The notes under the pieces: generated by a model
The model's database searches: none
Told to the model about the DNA's origin: nothing
The model's input: only the letters and a program-made list of their open reading frames with translations
Program-made: the position numbers and the translations under genes
Shown here: positions 24,397 to 39,929 of the stretch, one piece after another
Position numbering within the stretch: position 1 is the stretch's first letter
Layout of the letters: each line of letters opens with the position of its first letter
Origin: an uncultured Coriobacteriaceae bacterium
Lineage (GTDB): Bacteria > Actinomycetota > Coriobacteriia > Coriobacteriales > Coriobacteriaceae
DNA length: 42,593 nt
Direction of reading: 5' to 3'
NCBI GenBank assembly: GCA_964558955.1
Contig: CAZLGF010000001.1
Span: forward strand, 10,372 to 52,964

Positions 24397-26004
24397 ATGG
24401 CTGATGGGGTGGATCGCACCATGCCGCATTTCGAGCGATGCGGCGACGACACGCTGCTCTACGTTGACGGCGCGCCGTTCGTGATGCTCGCAGGTGAGGT
24501 CCACAACTCATCCTCGTCCTCGCCGACTGTCTTTGCCGCGTGCCTTGATAAGGCCGTAGCGGCCGGCATGAACAGCGTCCTCGCCCCGGTAACCTGGGAG
24601 CTTATCGAGCCTGAGGAGGGCCTGTTCGATTTCACCACGATGGACGAGATGATCATGCTCGCGCGCGAGCGTGGCCTGCGCCTGGGCCTGCTGTGGTTCG
24701 GTGGGTGGAAGAACGCCCAGTGCATGTACGCGCCCGCGTGGGTCAAGCGCGACCTTGCGCGCTTCCCGCGCGCCCAGATGAAGCCGGGTCAGAACCGCTG
24801 CATCCTGGAGGACTTCCACGGCATGAGCTATAGCGCGCTCTCGCTTTTCGGCGAGCAGACGCGCGCCGCCGACGCCCGTGCCTTCGCGCGGTTGATGCGG
24901 CACCTCGCTGAGGTCGACGGGCAGTATCAGACCGTCATCACCGTCCAGGTGGAGAACGAGTGCGGCGAGCAGGGCGCGGCGCGCGAGCACTCGGCCGCGG
25001 CCGACATCGCGTTTGCCGAGCGGGTTCCCGACGGCTTGATCGAGTATCTCAAGGCCGCTCCGGAGCTCGTGGCGCCCGATATCGCCGCCGCGCTCGAGGT
25101 TGGCGCGCAGGCCGGAACCTGGAGCGAGGTCTTCGGCCCGGTTGCCGAGGAGGTGTTCACCACCTACCACATGGCGAGCTATGTCGAGCAGGTTGCCGCG
25201 GCCGGCAAGGATGCCTACCCGCTGCCCATGGTGGCGAACTGCTGGCTTGACAAGGGACATAAACCCGGAAGGTTCCCCACGGGTGGACCGGTCGCGCGCG
25301 TGATGGGCATCTGGCGCTTTGCCGCGCCAACCATCGAGGTTATGTGCCCCGACATCTACGTGCCGTACTTCTGCGACGTGTGCGACGAGTACCGCAGGCC
25401 AGGTAACCCGCTGTACATTCCCGAGACGGCGACGCAGGTGTATGCGGCTCCACGAGAGATCTGGGCCGTGGGCCACCACCATGCCGTATGCTACGCGCCG
25501 TTTGCCTACGAGGATATGGGCAAGCCCTTCGATGCGAGCGCAGGCGTGCTCTTCGGCGCCGACGCCAGCGATCCGTTTTTGCGCGTGCCGCAGGACCCCG
25601 AGGTATATGGCACAACGACGCGCGCGATCGCGCAGCTGCTCTCCCTCATCCCTGAGGCGCGCCAGCGCGCCACGCTGGTGGCGGCAACGTCCGAGCGCCC
25701 GGACGAGAACGAGCTTGTGCTGGGAGCCTGCAAGCTGGTCGTGCGCTTTGGCAGCGAGGCGCCGGGCGCGTGCATGGCGGCGCGGGCCGAGGACGGCTCG
25801 ATCTACATCGTCGCCATGGGTTGCATGGTGACGTTCGCGTCCAACGATCCGGAAAACCCGCTGCTCGACATCCTGGCGCTGGAGGACGGCGAGGCCGTCA
25901 ATGGCGCATGGCGGCGCGACCGTCGCCTCAACGGCGATGAGGCGACGGTCGTCAGGTGCGACGACCCCACGCTTCTGCGCGCGGAGCTCTTCGTCTACGC
26001 CTGA
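24397..26004 (+). CDS. GH35-like (GH-A clan, DUF5597-type) glycoside hydrolase, putative beta-galactosidase
   Basis: LYVDGAPF..LAGEVHNSS, WELIEPEEG.FDF, LWFGGWKN, VQVENE, PDIY, IPET, RRLNGDE. Substrate uncertain. Confidence 0.75.
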   Translation: MADGVDRTMPHFERCGDDTLLYVDGAPFVMLAGEVHNSSSSSPTVFAACLDKAVAAGMNSVLAPVTWELIEPEEGLFDFTTMDEMIMLARERGLRLGLLWFGGWKNAQCMYAPAWVKRDLARFPRAQMKPGQNRCILEDFHGMSYSALSLFGEQTRAADARAFARLMRHLAEVDGQYQTVITVQVENECGEQGAAREHSAAADIAFAERVPDGLIEYLKAAPELVAPDIAAALEVGAQAGTWSEVFGPVAEEVFTTYHMASYVEQVAAAGKDAYPLPMVANCWLDKGHKPGRFPTGGPVARVMGIWRFAAPTIEVMCPDIYVPYFCDVCDEYRRPGNPLYIPETATQVYAAPREIWAVGHHHAVCYAPFAYEDMGKPFDASAGVLFGADASDPFLRVPQDPEVYGTTTRAIAQLLSLIPEARQRATLVAATSERPDENELVLGACKLVVRFGSEAPGACMAARAEDGSIYIVAMGCMVTFASNDPENPLLDILALEDGEAVNGAWRRDRRLNGDEATVVRCDDPTLLRAELFVYA

Positions 26005-26112
26005 CGGACGGCGCTCGCCACATGGGAATCCGATATAGTGGTGCTTGGCCGCAAGGCACCTTTCGATAGGCAACTCCAGGGTGGCACAGGAGTCTGAGCG
26101 CAGGGAGCAGGT

Positions 26113-26958
26113 ATGGCGAAGATCATCTTCCTCGATGTGGACGGCACGATCACCGACTACGAGAACAACGTTCCCGAGTCGGCCAAACGCGCGATCAAGC
26201 TCGCGCGTGCCAACGGCCACCGCGTCTACATGTGCACCGGTCGCAGCAAGGCCGAGAACCCGCCCGAGATCACCGAGATCGGCTTCGATGGCATGATCGG
26301 TGGGAACGGTTGCTACGTGGAGAGCGACGACGAGGTCGTCATGCACCAGCTCATCACCGCCGAGCAGTGCCGCCACATCGTCGACTGGCTCCATGAGCGC
26401 GGGCTCGAGTTCTATCTTGAGTCCAACAACGGCCTCTTCGCGAGCGAGCATTTCCGCGAGGCGTCGCGCTCCGTGATGGTCCAGTACGCCAAGGGCAAGG
26501 GCGCGACCGAGGAGGAAGCGGCGAACGCGGCCAGTGGCTTCGTCGACTCGCTGATCTACGGCGGCGAGCTCTACCGCGACGATCTCAACAAGGTGAGCTT
26601 CATCCTCTCAAGCTATCAGGATCACCTCGACTCCATCGAGGAGTTCCCGGACCTGGTGGCAAACACCTGGGGCGGCAAGGGCGAGCATGCGCTCTTCGGC
26701 GATCTCGGCGTCAAGGGCATCGACAAGGCCCATGCCGTGCGCGTGCTCGTCGAGCACCTGGGCGCCGACATGGCCGACACCATCGCCGTGGGTGACGCCA
26801 AGATCGATATCCCCATGTTCGAATGCTGCGCGCAGAGCGTGTGCATGGGCTCGGGCGGCGAAGAGGCCAAGGCGGCTGCCGACTGGGTGACCACCGACGT
26901 CGATGACGACGGCATGTGGAACGCCTTCGTGCACCTCGGGCTGATCGAAGAGGGCTGA
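26113..26958 (+). CDS. Cof-type HAD-IIB sugar-phosphate phosphatase (copy 1)
   Basis: FLDVDGT, CTGR, KGIDKA, GDAKID motifs; possible -10 TATAGT at 26034-26039. Confidence 0.92.
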   Translation: MAKIIFLDVDGTITDYENNVPESAKRAIKLARANGHRVYMCTGRSKAENPPEITEIGFDGMIGGNGCYVESDDEVVMHQLITAEQCRHIVDWLHERGLEFYLESNNGLFASEHFREASRSVMVQYAKGKGATEEEAANAASGFVDSLIYGGELYRDDLNKVSFILSSYQDHLDSIEEFPDLVANTWGGKGEHALFGDLGVKGIDKAHAVRVLVEHLGADMADTIAVGDAKIDIPMFECCAQSVCMGSGGEEAKAAADWVTTDVDDDGMWNAFVHLGLIEEG

Positions 26959-26999
26959 TCCAAGAGGACTGACCGCGCGCTCGCGCGCAGACGTCTTGA

Positions 27000-27034
27000 C
27001 GCGGCCGCATCCGTGTAGCACGGGTGCGGCCGCG
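27000..27034 (+). terminator. GC-rich hairpin after the HAD gene (probable terminator)
   Basis: CGCGGCCGCATCCGTG-TAG-CACGGGTGCGGCCGCG: 16-bp stem with one G-U pair; no clear U-tract. Confidence 0.55.
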
Positions 27035-27323
27035 CTCTGTGTGGGGCAGGCGAGGCTGGGGGTGCGCCTCGCGCGTCGCGTAAGGGCGGCAGATCCGTCG
27101 TGCATGCGAATGCACACGGCGGGATGGATGGTGTCGCGAGGGGGGTCAGCGGGTGGATTGAGTCGGTGGGTGGCATTCGCGTCTTTTTCTACACAAGTCG
27201 ACCACGAAACCGGTACAATACGAAACGCGCACAGTGTCACTCCCTCCGAGGCATCATGTGCGATAGAGGCAGGCCTATGAGGCGCTGCGGTATCGCGAGC
27301 ACAGATGGAGGAGTCTATCGGTT

Positions 27324-28166
27324 ATGCGCATCGTCAAGCAGATCAACAACAACGCCGCGCTCGCCCAAGATGAGCAGGGCAATGATCTGGTCGTGTTCGG
27401 TACGGGTATCGGGTTTCACTCGATGCCGTATGAACTCGAAGACATGTCGCGCATCCAGCGCGTCTTCCGCCATGTGGATGACGAGCTCCTCGAGACCATC
27501 TCCTCGATCTCCCAGGAGATGCTCGGCGTCGCCATCGACATCGTGAGCGCGGCCAAGCAGGAGCTCGACTGCGAGCTCAACCCCAACCTCTACCTCACGC
27601 TCGCCGACCACCTGCAGTTCGCGGCGGATCGCTTCGCAAAGGGCATCGTCATCGAGAACCCGCTTGCGAGCGAGATCCCGTACGTCTATCCGCGTGAGTA
27701 CGCGCTGGGTCTGCAAGGGCTTCAGATCATGCTCGCGCAGACCGGCATCACGCTGCCGGACGCCGAGGCGTGCTCCATCGCGCTGCACGTGGTCAACGCC
27801 GAGACCGACGGCGGCGGCTTCTCGAGCAGCATGCGCGCGGTCATGGAGAGCATCGAGGTCATCAACGGGGTCATCGAGCTGCTTGAGAAGCGCTTCAAGA
27901 CCTCGTTTGACCGCCAGTCTAGAAGCTACGTCCGCTTCGTGTCGCACCTACGCTATCTGGTGAAGCGCCTGCAGCAGGGCGCCGAGGTCGAGCAGCAGGA
28001 TGACTCGCTCCTCGACCAGGTGCGCAAGGACTTCTCCGAGGCGTACGACGCCGCTCAGGCGGTCGCGCGCTACTTCAGGCGCAAGAAGCGCTGGCGGCTC
28101 TCCAACGAGGAGCTTCTGTACCTCATGATGCACCTCATCCGCTTCACCTCTCGGACGGGCGTCTGA
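27324..28166 (+). CDS. BglG/LicT family transcriptional antiterminator (CAT-PRD-PRD)
   Basis: MRIVKQINNN..LVVFGTGIGF CAT domain; PRD histidines LADHL, IALHV, FVSHL, LMMHL. SD GGAGG; -10-like TACAAT at 27214-27219. Confidence 0.93.
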   Translation: MRIVKQINNNAALAQDEQGNDLVVFGTGIGFHSMPYELEDMSRIQRVFRHVDDELLETISSISQEMLGVAIDIVSAAKQELDCELNPNLYLTLADHLQFAADRFAKGIVIENPLASEIPYVYPREYALGLQGLQIMLAQTGITLPDAEACSIALHVVNAETDGGGFSSSMRAVMESIEVINGVIELLEKRFKTSFDRQSRSYVRFVSHLRYLVKRLQQGAEVEQQDDSLLDQVRKDFSEAYDAAQAVARYFRRKKRWRLSNEELLYLMMHLIRFTSRTGV

Positions 28167-28219
28167 GAACGTCTTTGGGTTTCAATGCTGCCTGAGCAAC
28201 GCGCGGCGATGGCAGCTGA

Positions 28220-29734
<1,515 letters not shown>

Positions 29735-29753
29735 GCTTGTGCGCGTCTCATAG

Positions 29754-31364
<1,611 letters not shown>

Positions 31365-31456
31365 ACCGCGTGATGCGGCGGGGCCGCTCGGGCGGTCCCG
31401 CCGCGGACGGCGGATGCAGCATGGGTTGGTTGTGGACGAGGCAGGGATGATACGTG

Positions 31457-32374
31457 ATGTCAGATGGTGCCGTCGGCATTATGATCACGCAGACGATCGC
31501 TATGTTTTGCATGATGGCGATCGGCATCGTGCTATTCGAGCTCAAGCTGCTCGATAACCACAGCATTTCCAAGCTCGCGAACATCGCGCTGTACGTGTCG
31601 ACGCCGGCCGTGGTGATCAATTCGCTGGCCACGACGTTCACGACTGCGCGCCTGATCGGCGGCATCTGGTGCTTCGCGCTCTCGGCGCTGTTCACGGCGG
31701 CGAGCGCCGTGGTCGCGTGGGCGGTCTATCGCGATCGACGGCGCATCGCCCAGCTGGGCATCCTGGTTTCGAATATGGGGTTCCTCGGCATCCCGCTCGT
31801 GCAGAACGTGGTGGGTGAGGAATACGTGTTCTACATCTCGGCCTGCATCGCCGCCCAGATCCCCTTCATCTGGACCTACGGCGTGTGGCTCACCACCCAG
31901 GACCGCTCGATGATCTCCGTCAAGCGCATCATCACGAACCCCTCGATCATCGCCGTCGCGGTGGGTGTGGCGCTGTTCCTGTGCTCGGTGAGCCTCTCGG
32001 GGGTGTTCGAGGTCGCGGTGGGTGACATGGCGGACCTCAACACCGGCATCGCGATGCTCATCCTGGGATCCTATCTCGCCCAGACCGATATCCGCAGCCT
32101 GGTGCGCGACGCCAACCTCTACCTCGCCAACGCCCTGCGTCTCGTGGTGGTCCCGGCGCTGTGCATCGTGGTGCTCGCGGTGCTGCCCCTGAGCGTGCCC
32201 GTCAAGCTGACCGTGCTGATCGCCAACTCGGCGCCGTGCGGCACCGTCTCGGCGATCCTGCCCCAGAAGTTCGGCGGCGACTACCGCTTCGGCGCGGGCC
32301 TCGTGTCCTCGTCCACGCTGCTCTCCCTGGTGACCCTGCCGGTGGTGCTCGCCGTGGGCCTCGCGGTGTTCTAA
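31457..32374 (+). CDS. AEC (auxin efflux carrier / malate permease) family transporter
   Basis: About 10 TMs; STPAVVINS, SNMGFLGIP, WTYG, NPSIIA, ILGSYL, SAPCG, STLLSLVTLP. Start uncertain (31454, 31457 or 31481). Confidence 0.88.
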   Translation: MSDGAVGIMITQTIAMFCMMAIGIVLFELKLLDNHSISKLANIALYVSTPAVVINSLATTFTTARLIGGIWCFALSALFTAASAVVAWAVYRDRRRIAQLGILVSNMGFLGIPLVQNVVGEEYVFYISACIAAQIPFIWTYGVWLTTQDRSMISVKRIITNPSIIAVAVGVALFLCSVSLSGVFEVAVGDMADLNTGIAMLILGSYLAQTDIRSLVRDANLYLANALRLVVVPALCIVVLAVLPLSVPVKLTVLIANSAPCGTVSAILPQKFGGDYRFGAGLVSSSTLLSLVTLPVVLAVGLAVF

Positions 32375-33952
<1,578 letters not shown>

Positions 33953-34045
33953 CGAGACGTCGCGCGCACGCGGCGCGCGCATCTGCCCGCCCGCGGCACC
34001 TCGCCGCGGGCGGCTGCGTGTGGGGATGAGGGAATGGGAGGCGCC

Positions 34046-34885
34046 ATGGGCGTGGATCAGGTAAGGGCCATCATGTGCGACGTCGACGGCACGCTGCTCA
34101 CCAGCGAGCACACGGCGTCGCCCCGTACGGTCGAGGCGCTCAAGCGCGCCCGCGCCCAGGGGATCTTGGTGGGGCTGTGCACCGGGCGCGACGTGGTGGG
34201 CGTCGAGAAGGTCCTGCCCACGTGGGGCCTCGAGGACTGCATCGACGCCATCGTCGGGTCGGGCGGCGCGGAGCTGCGCGACCGCACGCGCGACGTCTTC
34301 GAGCTCAACCACCCGCTGCCCGGCGAGGCCATCAAAGAGATCATGGCGCACTTCACCGACATGCCCGTGAGCTTCGTGATCCCGTATCACGGCGTGCTCT
34401 ACGCGCCTGCGGACGACGCGCGGGTGCAGCGTCTCTCGGTGGTTGATGGCCTGCCGTACGAGATCGTGGACTTCGACGAGTTCTTGCAGGAGCCGCGCCC
34501 CAAGCTCATGCTCGCCTGCGCGCCCGAGGACATGGACGCGGTGGTGGCGCGCGCCGCGACCTTCTCGAGCGACGCCTATCGCTCGGCCTCGCTGATCACC
34601 TCGGCGCGCCTCTACGAGTACATGGATCCCCGCATCTCCAAGACCTTCGGCCTCACGAAGCTCATGGAGCTCCATGGATGGACCATGGACGACCTGCTGG
34701 TGTTCGGTGACGCCGACAACGACTACGACATGGTGCTCAACGCCGGCACCGGCGTCGCGATGGGCAACGCCAGCGAGAAGACCGCCGCAGCCGCCGACTA
34801 CGTCACCGACGACTGCGACCATGACGGCATCGCCACCTTCCTCGAGCGCTACGTGCTCGACCCCAAGACCAAGGAGGACGCATGA
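34046..34885 (+). CDS. Cof-type HAD-IIB sugar-phosphate phosphatase (copy 2)
   Basis: MCDVDGTLL, CTGR, ISK, FGDADND, AMGNA motifs. Start could be 34046 or 34052. Confidence 0.92.
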   Translation: MGVDQVRAIMCDVDGTLLTSEHTASPRTVEALKRARAQGILVGLCTGRDVVGVEKVLPTWGLEDCIDAIVGSGGAELRDRTRDVFELNHPLPGEAIKEIMAHFTDMPVSFVIPYHGVLYAPADDARVQRLSVVDGLPYEIVDFDEFLQEPRPKLMLACAPEDMDAVVARAATFSSDAYRSASLITSARLYEYMDPRISKTFGLTKLMELHGWTMDDLLVFGDADNDYDMVLNAGTGVAMGNASEKTAAAADYVTDDCDHDGIATFLERYVLDPKTKEDA

Positions 34886-36183
34886 AGACATCAGATTTCC
34901 TGAGCGCGCAGCCCACCGCGGCCGAGCGCGAGCTCGCCGCCTACGCCGACCGCGCGTTCGCGCCCGCCCACACCCAGGTGGGCGATCGCATCCATCACTT
35001 CGCGGGCCGCGCGCACAGCAGCATGACCGTGGTGGAGGGCGCGACCTCGCTCATCGTCATCGACGCCACGGAAAGCCCCGACACGGCGCGCGCCATCATG
35101 GAGGAGGTGCGTACCTTCACCGACAAGCCGGTTCAGACGCTCATCTACACGCACGGCCACCCCGATCATCGCGGCGGCGCCGGCGCCTTCCGTGCGACGG
35201 TGCGCGACGTGATCGCGATGGTGCCCGCGGTGACGCCGCCGCCGGGGTACGAGCGCCTCAATGAGGTGCTGGGGGCGCGCGGCCGTCGGCAGCACGGCTA
35301 TGGGCTCAGCGATGAGGAGGCGCTCTGCCAGGGTATCGGCGTGCGCGAGGCGAGCACGCACGGACTCGCCGGGTATGACATCCTGCCGCCGACCGAGATG
35401 CTCGCGCAGGAGCGCACCGCGCGCGTCATCGATGGGGTGGAGCTCGAGTTCATCCCCGCGCCCGGTGAGACGGACGACACGCTCTACGTGTGGTTCCCGC
35501 GCGAGCGCGCGCTGTGCTCGGGCGACAACTACTACGGCTGCTGGCCGAATCTCTACGCGATCCGCGGCACCTCGTACCGCAGCGTCGCCACCTGGATCGA
35601 GAGCCTGAGCGCGCTGCTCGCGCTCGAGCCCGCGGCGCTGCTGCCGGGGCACACGCCGGCGCTCATCGGGGGCGAGCTCATCCAGGAGCAGGTGGGGACC
35701 TACCGCGACGCCCTGCAGTGGGTGCTCGATGAGACGCTCTCGTGCATGGACCGCGGCATGACCCTCGAGGAGACCGTCCAGGCGGTGCAGCTGCCCGAGC
35801 GCTTCGCGTCCCAGCCGTACCTCGGCGAGTTCTACGGCACGGTCGCCTGGTCGGTGCGGAGCATCTACACCGGCTACGTGGGCTGGTTCGACGGCGACCC
35901 GGTGAAGCTCACGCCCGCGCCCGCGGGCGAGCTGGCGACGGAGCTCGTGGGGCTCATCGGCGCCGAGCGTGTTCTTGAGCGCGCCCGCGCGCTCGCGGCG
36001 GACGGGTCGTATCAGCTCGCTCTCGAGCTCCTGTCGCTTATGGGCGATGAGCGCGACCGCGAGCTCGAGATCGCCTGCCTGCGCGGGAGGGCCCGTCAGA
36101 TGACCTCGGCCAACGCGCGTCATTACTACTTCGCCTGCGCCCGCGAGCTCGAGGCGCGCCGCGCCGACGCGTCTGCGCGCTGA
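34882..36183 (+). CDS. Metallo-beta-lactamase-fold alkyl/aryl sulfatase-like protein (SdsA1/YjcS-like catalytic and dimerisation domains, no SCP2 domain)
   Basis: YTHGHPDHRGG, APGET, GDN, PNLYAIRG, PGH and FYGTVAWSVRSIYTGYVGWFDGDP dimerisation motif. ATGA overlap with the HAD gene; SD AAGGAGG. Confidence 0.82.
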   Translation: MKTSDFLSAQPTAAERELAAYADRAFAPAHTQVGDRIHHFAGRAHSSMTVVEGATSLIVIDATESPDTARAIMEEVRTFTDKPVQTLIYTHGHPDHRGGAGAFRATVRDVIAMVPAVTPPPGYERLNEVLGARGRRQHGYGLSDEEALCQGIGVREASTHGLAGYDILPPTEMLAQERTARVIDGVELEFIPAPGETDDTLYVWFPRERALCSGDNYYGCWPNLYAIRGTSYRSVATWIESLSALLALEPAALLPGHTPALIGGELIQEQVGTYRDALQWVLDETLSCMDRGMTLEETVQAVQLPERFASQPYLGEFYGTVAWSVRSIYTGYVGWFDGDPVKLTPAPAGELATELVGLIGAERVLERARALAADGSYQLALELLSLMGDERDRELEIACLRGRARQMTSANARHYYFACARELEARRADASAR

Positions 36184-36274
36184 GCGAAAAGTGCGCCTTC
36201 CCGCTGATTTCGCGCAGGGGCACGGGGTATATCGGCCGTGAACTGTGCCTGAATCGGCGGGCACGATCGGCTGA

Positions 36275-37744
<1,470 letters not shown>

Positions 37745-37771
37745 CGTCGGCACGCGCTGATCGCGTCCTCG

Positions 37772-37818
37772 CGGGCCCGGTGACGGCCGCTCAGGCGGCC
37801 GCCGCCGGGCCCGTTTTT
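37772..37818 (+). terminator. Intrinsic terminator closing the GH1 operon
   Basis: CGGGCCCGGTGACGGCCGC-TCAG-GCGGCCGCCGCCGGGCCCG long stem (one mismatch, one G-U) followed by TTTTT. Confidence 0.85.
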
Positions 37819-37968
37819 CGTGTCGCGTCGCCCGTCCGCGCCGGGCGTCGTCGCGCCGCCCGCCTACCCACGCATCGCTGTGCCGCACCGCAAATTCGGA
37901 GCTCGTGCCATCCGCCGAGGAGACGACCCCTCTCGCCGAGCGTGGCGGGGAAGCGCCCTGCACGCGCT

Positions 37969-37992
37969 TATAGTGAATGAGACATTCACTAT
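37969..37992 (+). promoter_or_regulatory. Perfect palindromic operator overlapping a -10-like hexamer upstream of the esterase
   Basis: ATAGTGAATG-AGA-CATTCACTAT (37970-37992); TATAGT at 37969-37974. Confidence 0.65.
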
Positions 37993-38044
37993 GGGACGAG
38001 TTCTCGTGAAAGATGATACGGGGACCCGATCGAAAGGGGACGAC

Positions 38045-39766
38045 ATGATCGTATCCAGACGGACGTTCGGCGCGGGCATCGCGGCAGGCGCCGCCGCTGT
38101 TTTCGCAGCTGGGTGCACGAGCCAGACGGATGTGACGAGCGGGAGCGCCGCGGGAAGCGCCGCAACCGACGAGGCCGTCGAGCTCTCGTCGGTGCGCACG
38201 ACCGCCTACGGCGACGTGCAGGGCATCGTCTCCGATGGCGTCGAGATCTACTACAACATCCCCTATGGCAAGGACCCCACCGGCGAGCTGCGCTGGCACG
38301 CGCCCGAGACGCCCGACGCCTGGGACGAGACCCTCGACTGCTCGGCGAACACCAAGCGCGCGCTGCAGATGGGCACGGTCTATGCGTCTGACGGCAGCTC
38401 CTCGACCGAGCTCATGGGCACGACGGACTGCTTGAACCTCGACGTCTACACCACGTCCGACGCCGACATGCTCCCGGTCATGGTCTACGTCCACGGCGGC
38501 AACAACCAGACCGGCACCTCGACCGAGATCCCCGGCGACGAGATCGTCAAGCAGGCCGGCGCCGTCTACGTGTCGCTCGACTACCGCCTGGGGCTGCTCG
38601 GCTACAACTGCCTGCCGGCGCTCATGGACGACGAGGTCACGACCGGCAACTTCGGCATGCTCGACATCGCGGCCGGTCTCACCTGGGTGCGCGACAACAT
38701 CGATCAGTTCGGCGGCGATCCCAACAACGTGACGGTCTCGGGCTTCTCGGCGGGCGGCCGCAACGTCATGGCCATGCTCGTGAGCTCGCAGTTCGAGGGC
38801 CTCTTCGACCGCGCGATCGCGTTCTCGGGCGGCATGACCATCGCCGACCTCGACGAGTCGATCGTCAAGACCGCCGCCACCATCGCGCCGCTCGCCGTCG
38901 AGGACGGCATGGCCGAGACCGAGGAGGAGGCCGCCGCGTGGCTCCAGGAGGACACCGACGAGGTGCGTGAGTACCTCTTCGACCTCGACGCCGACCGCCT
39001 GACCGAGCTCATGAGCGACGCGGGCATCCGCATGAGCGCCTTCCCGCACCTCTTCGGCGATGACGTCATGCTGCCCTCCACCGGGTTCACGGGCGTGACC
39101 TACGTGAACGACGTGCCGCTCATGATGCTCACCGGCACGACCGAGTTCAGCCTGTTCTGCATGGGGAGCTCCGTCTACGAGGAGCTCGGCGACGAGTCCG
39201 ATGCCGCGCTCGCGTTCGCGACGAGCTATGGCTCGGACCTCTACCGCATCTTCAACACCCAGACGAGCGCGGCGACCATGGCCGACGCCTACACCTCCGA
39301 CCTCTACCTCGTGCAGGTGAACTACGGCGGTGACGACTCGGCGATGCCGATCGACCTCTTCGGCTCGTTCCACGGCATCTTCGTGCCGATGCTGGGCGGC
39401 AGCAACTACGACTCGTTCTACGACTTCACCGAGGAGGGCTACCAGGCCATGGCCGCGCAGTTCATGACCTACCTCGCGAACTTCCTGCGCGGCTCCGACG
39501 TGTCGTCGGGGGCCGATGTGTCCTGGCCCGCGTGGACGGCCGACGACCGGCAGACGCTGCTGCTCGACGCCGCCGACGGCGCGGCGCAGATCGAGGCCGC
39601 GGACGTCTTCAAGACCCCGGCGGATATCATCGCCGAGATGGAGGCCGACGACACCCTCTCCGACGAGGCGAAGACCCGCGTCATGACCGAGGTCATGAAC
39701 GGCCGCTGGTTCAGCACCCTGCTCGATGAGACCACGGGCACGGAGCAGGAGGTGCACCTGCTCTAA
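38045..39766 (+). CDS. Type-B carboxylesterase family, predicted Tat-exported lipoprotein
   Basis: MIVSRRTFGAGIAAGAAAVFAAG-C (twin-Arg plus lipobox); IPY..P.GELRW, DCLNLDVY, VYVHGG, YRLG, FGGDPNNVTVSGFSAGG nucleophile, GSFHG. SD AAAGGGG before ATG 38045. Confidence 0.88.
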   Translation: MIVSRRTFGAGIAAGAAAVFAAGCTSQTDVTSGSAAGSAATDEAVELSSVRTTAYGDVQGIVSDGVEIYYNIPYGKDPTGELRWHAPETPDAWDETLDCSANTKRALQMGTVYASDGSSSTELMGTTDCLNLDVYTTSDADMLPVMVYVHGGNNQTGTSTEIPGDEIVKQAGAVYVSLDYRLGLLGYNCLPALMDDEVTTGNFGMLDIAAGLTWVRDNIDQFGGDPNNVTVSGFSAGGRNVMAMLVSSQFEGLFDRAIAFSGGMTIADLDESIVKTAATIAPLAVEDGMAETEEEAAAWLQEDTDEVREYLFDLDADRLTELMSDAGIRMSAFPHLFGDDVMLPSTGFTGVTYVNDVPLMMLTGTTEFSLFCMGSSVYEELGDESDAALAFATSYGSDLYRIFNTQTSAATMADAYTSDLYLVQVNYGGDDSAMPIDLFGSFHGIFVPMLGGSNYDSFYDFTEEGYQAMAAQFMTYLANFLRGSDVSSGADVSWPAWTADDRQTLLLDAADGAAQIEAADVFKTPADIIAEMEADDTLSDEAKTRVMTEVMNGRWFSTLLDETTGTEQEVHLL

Positions 39767-39890
39767 GGCTCGTCGCGCCCGCACGGCATGGGGCGGCGCC
39801 CGTTCCGCATCAGCGCGGGGCGGGCGCCGCCCTCCACGTTGCAGGTGTGTGACCCGGCGCGGCACCCGGTGGGGTCCGTGCGGCGCCGCG

Positions 39891-39896
39891 TATAAT
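39891..39896 (+). promoter_or_regulatory. -10 element of the gatCAB promoter
   Basis: Consensus TATAAT in a very GC-rich intergenic region, 33 nt upstream of the gatC ATG. Confidence 0.6.
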
Positions 39897-39929
39897 GAGG
39901 CGCATCGATCCCACACGGAAGGAGCGCCC

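Noticed and set aside
27028-27057. RAT-like string GGCCGCGCTCTGTGTGGGGCAGGCGAGGCT upstream of the BglG gene
   Set aside because: Only the CTG..GCAGGC core matches. It overlaps the 3' arm of the hairpin rather than the 5' arm and lies upstream of the likely promoter, which is the wrong geometry for antitermination.
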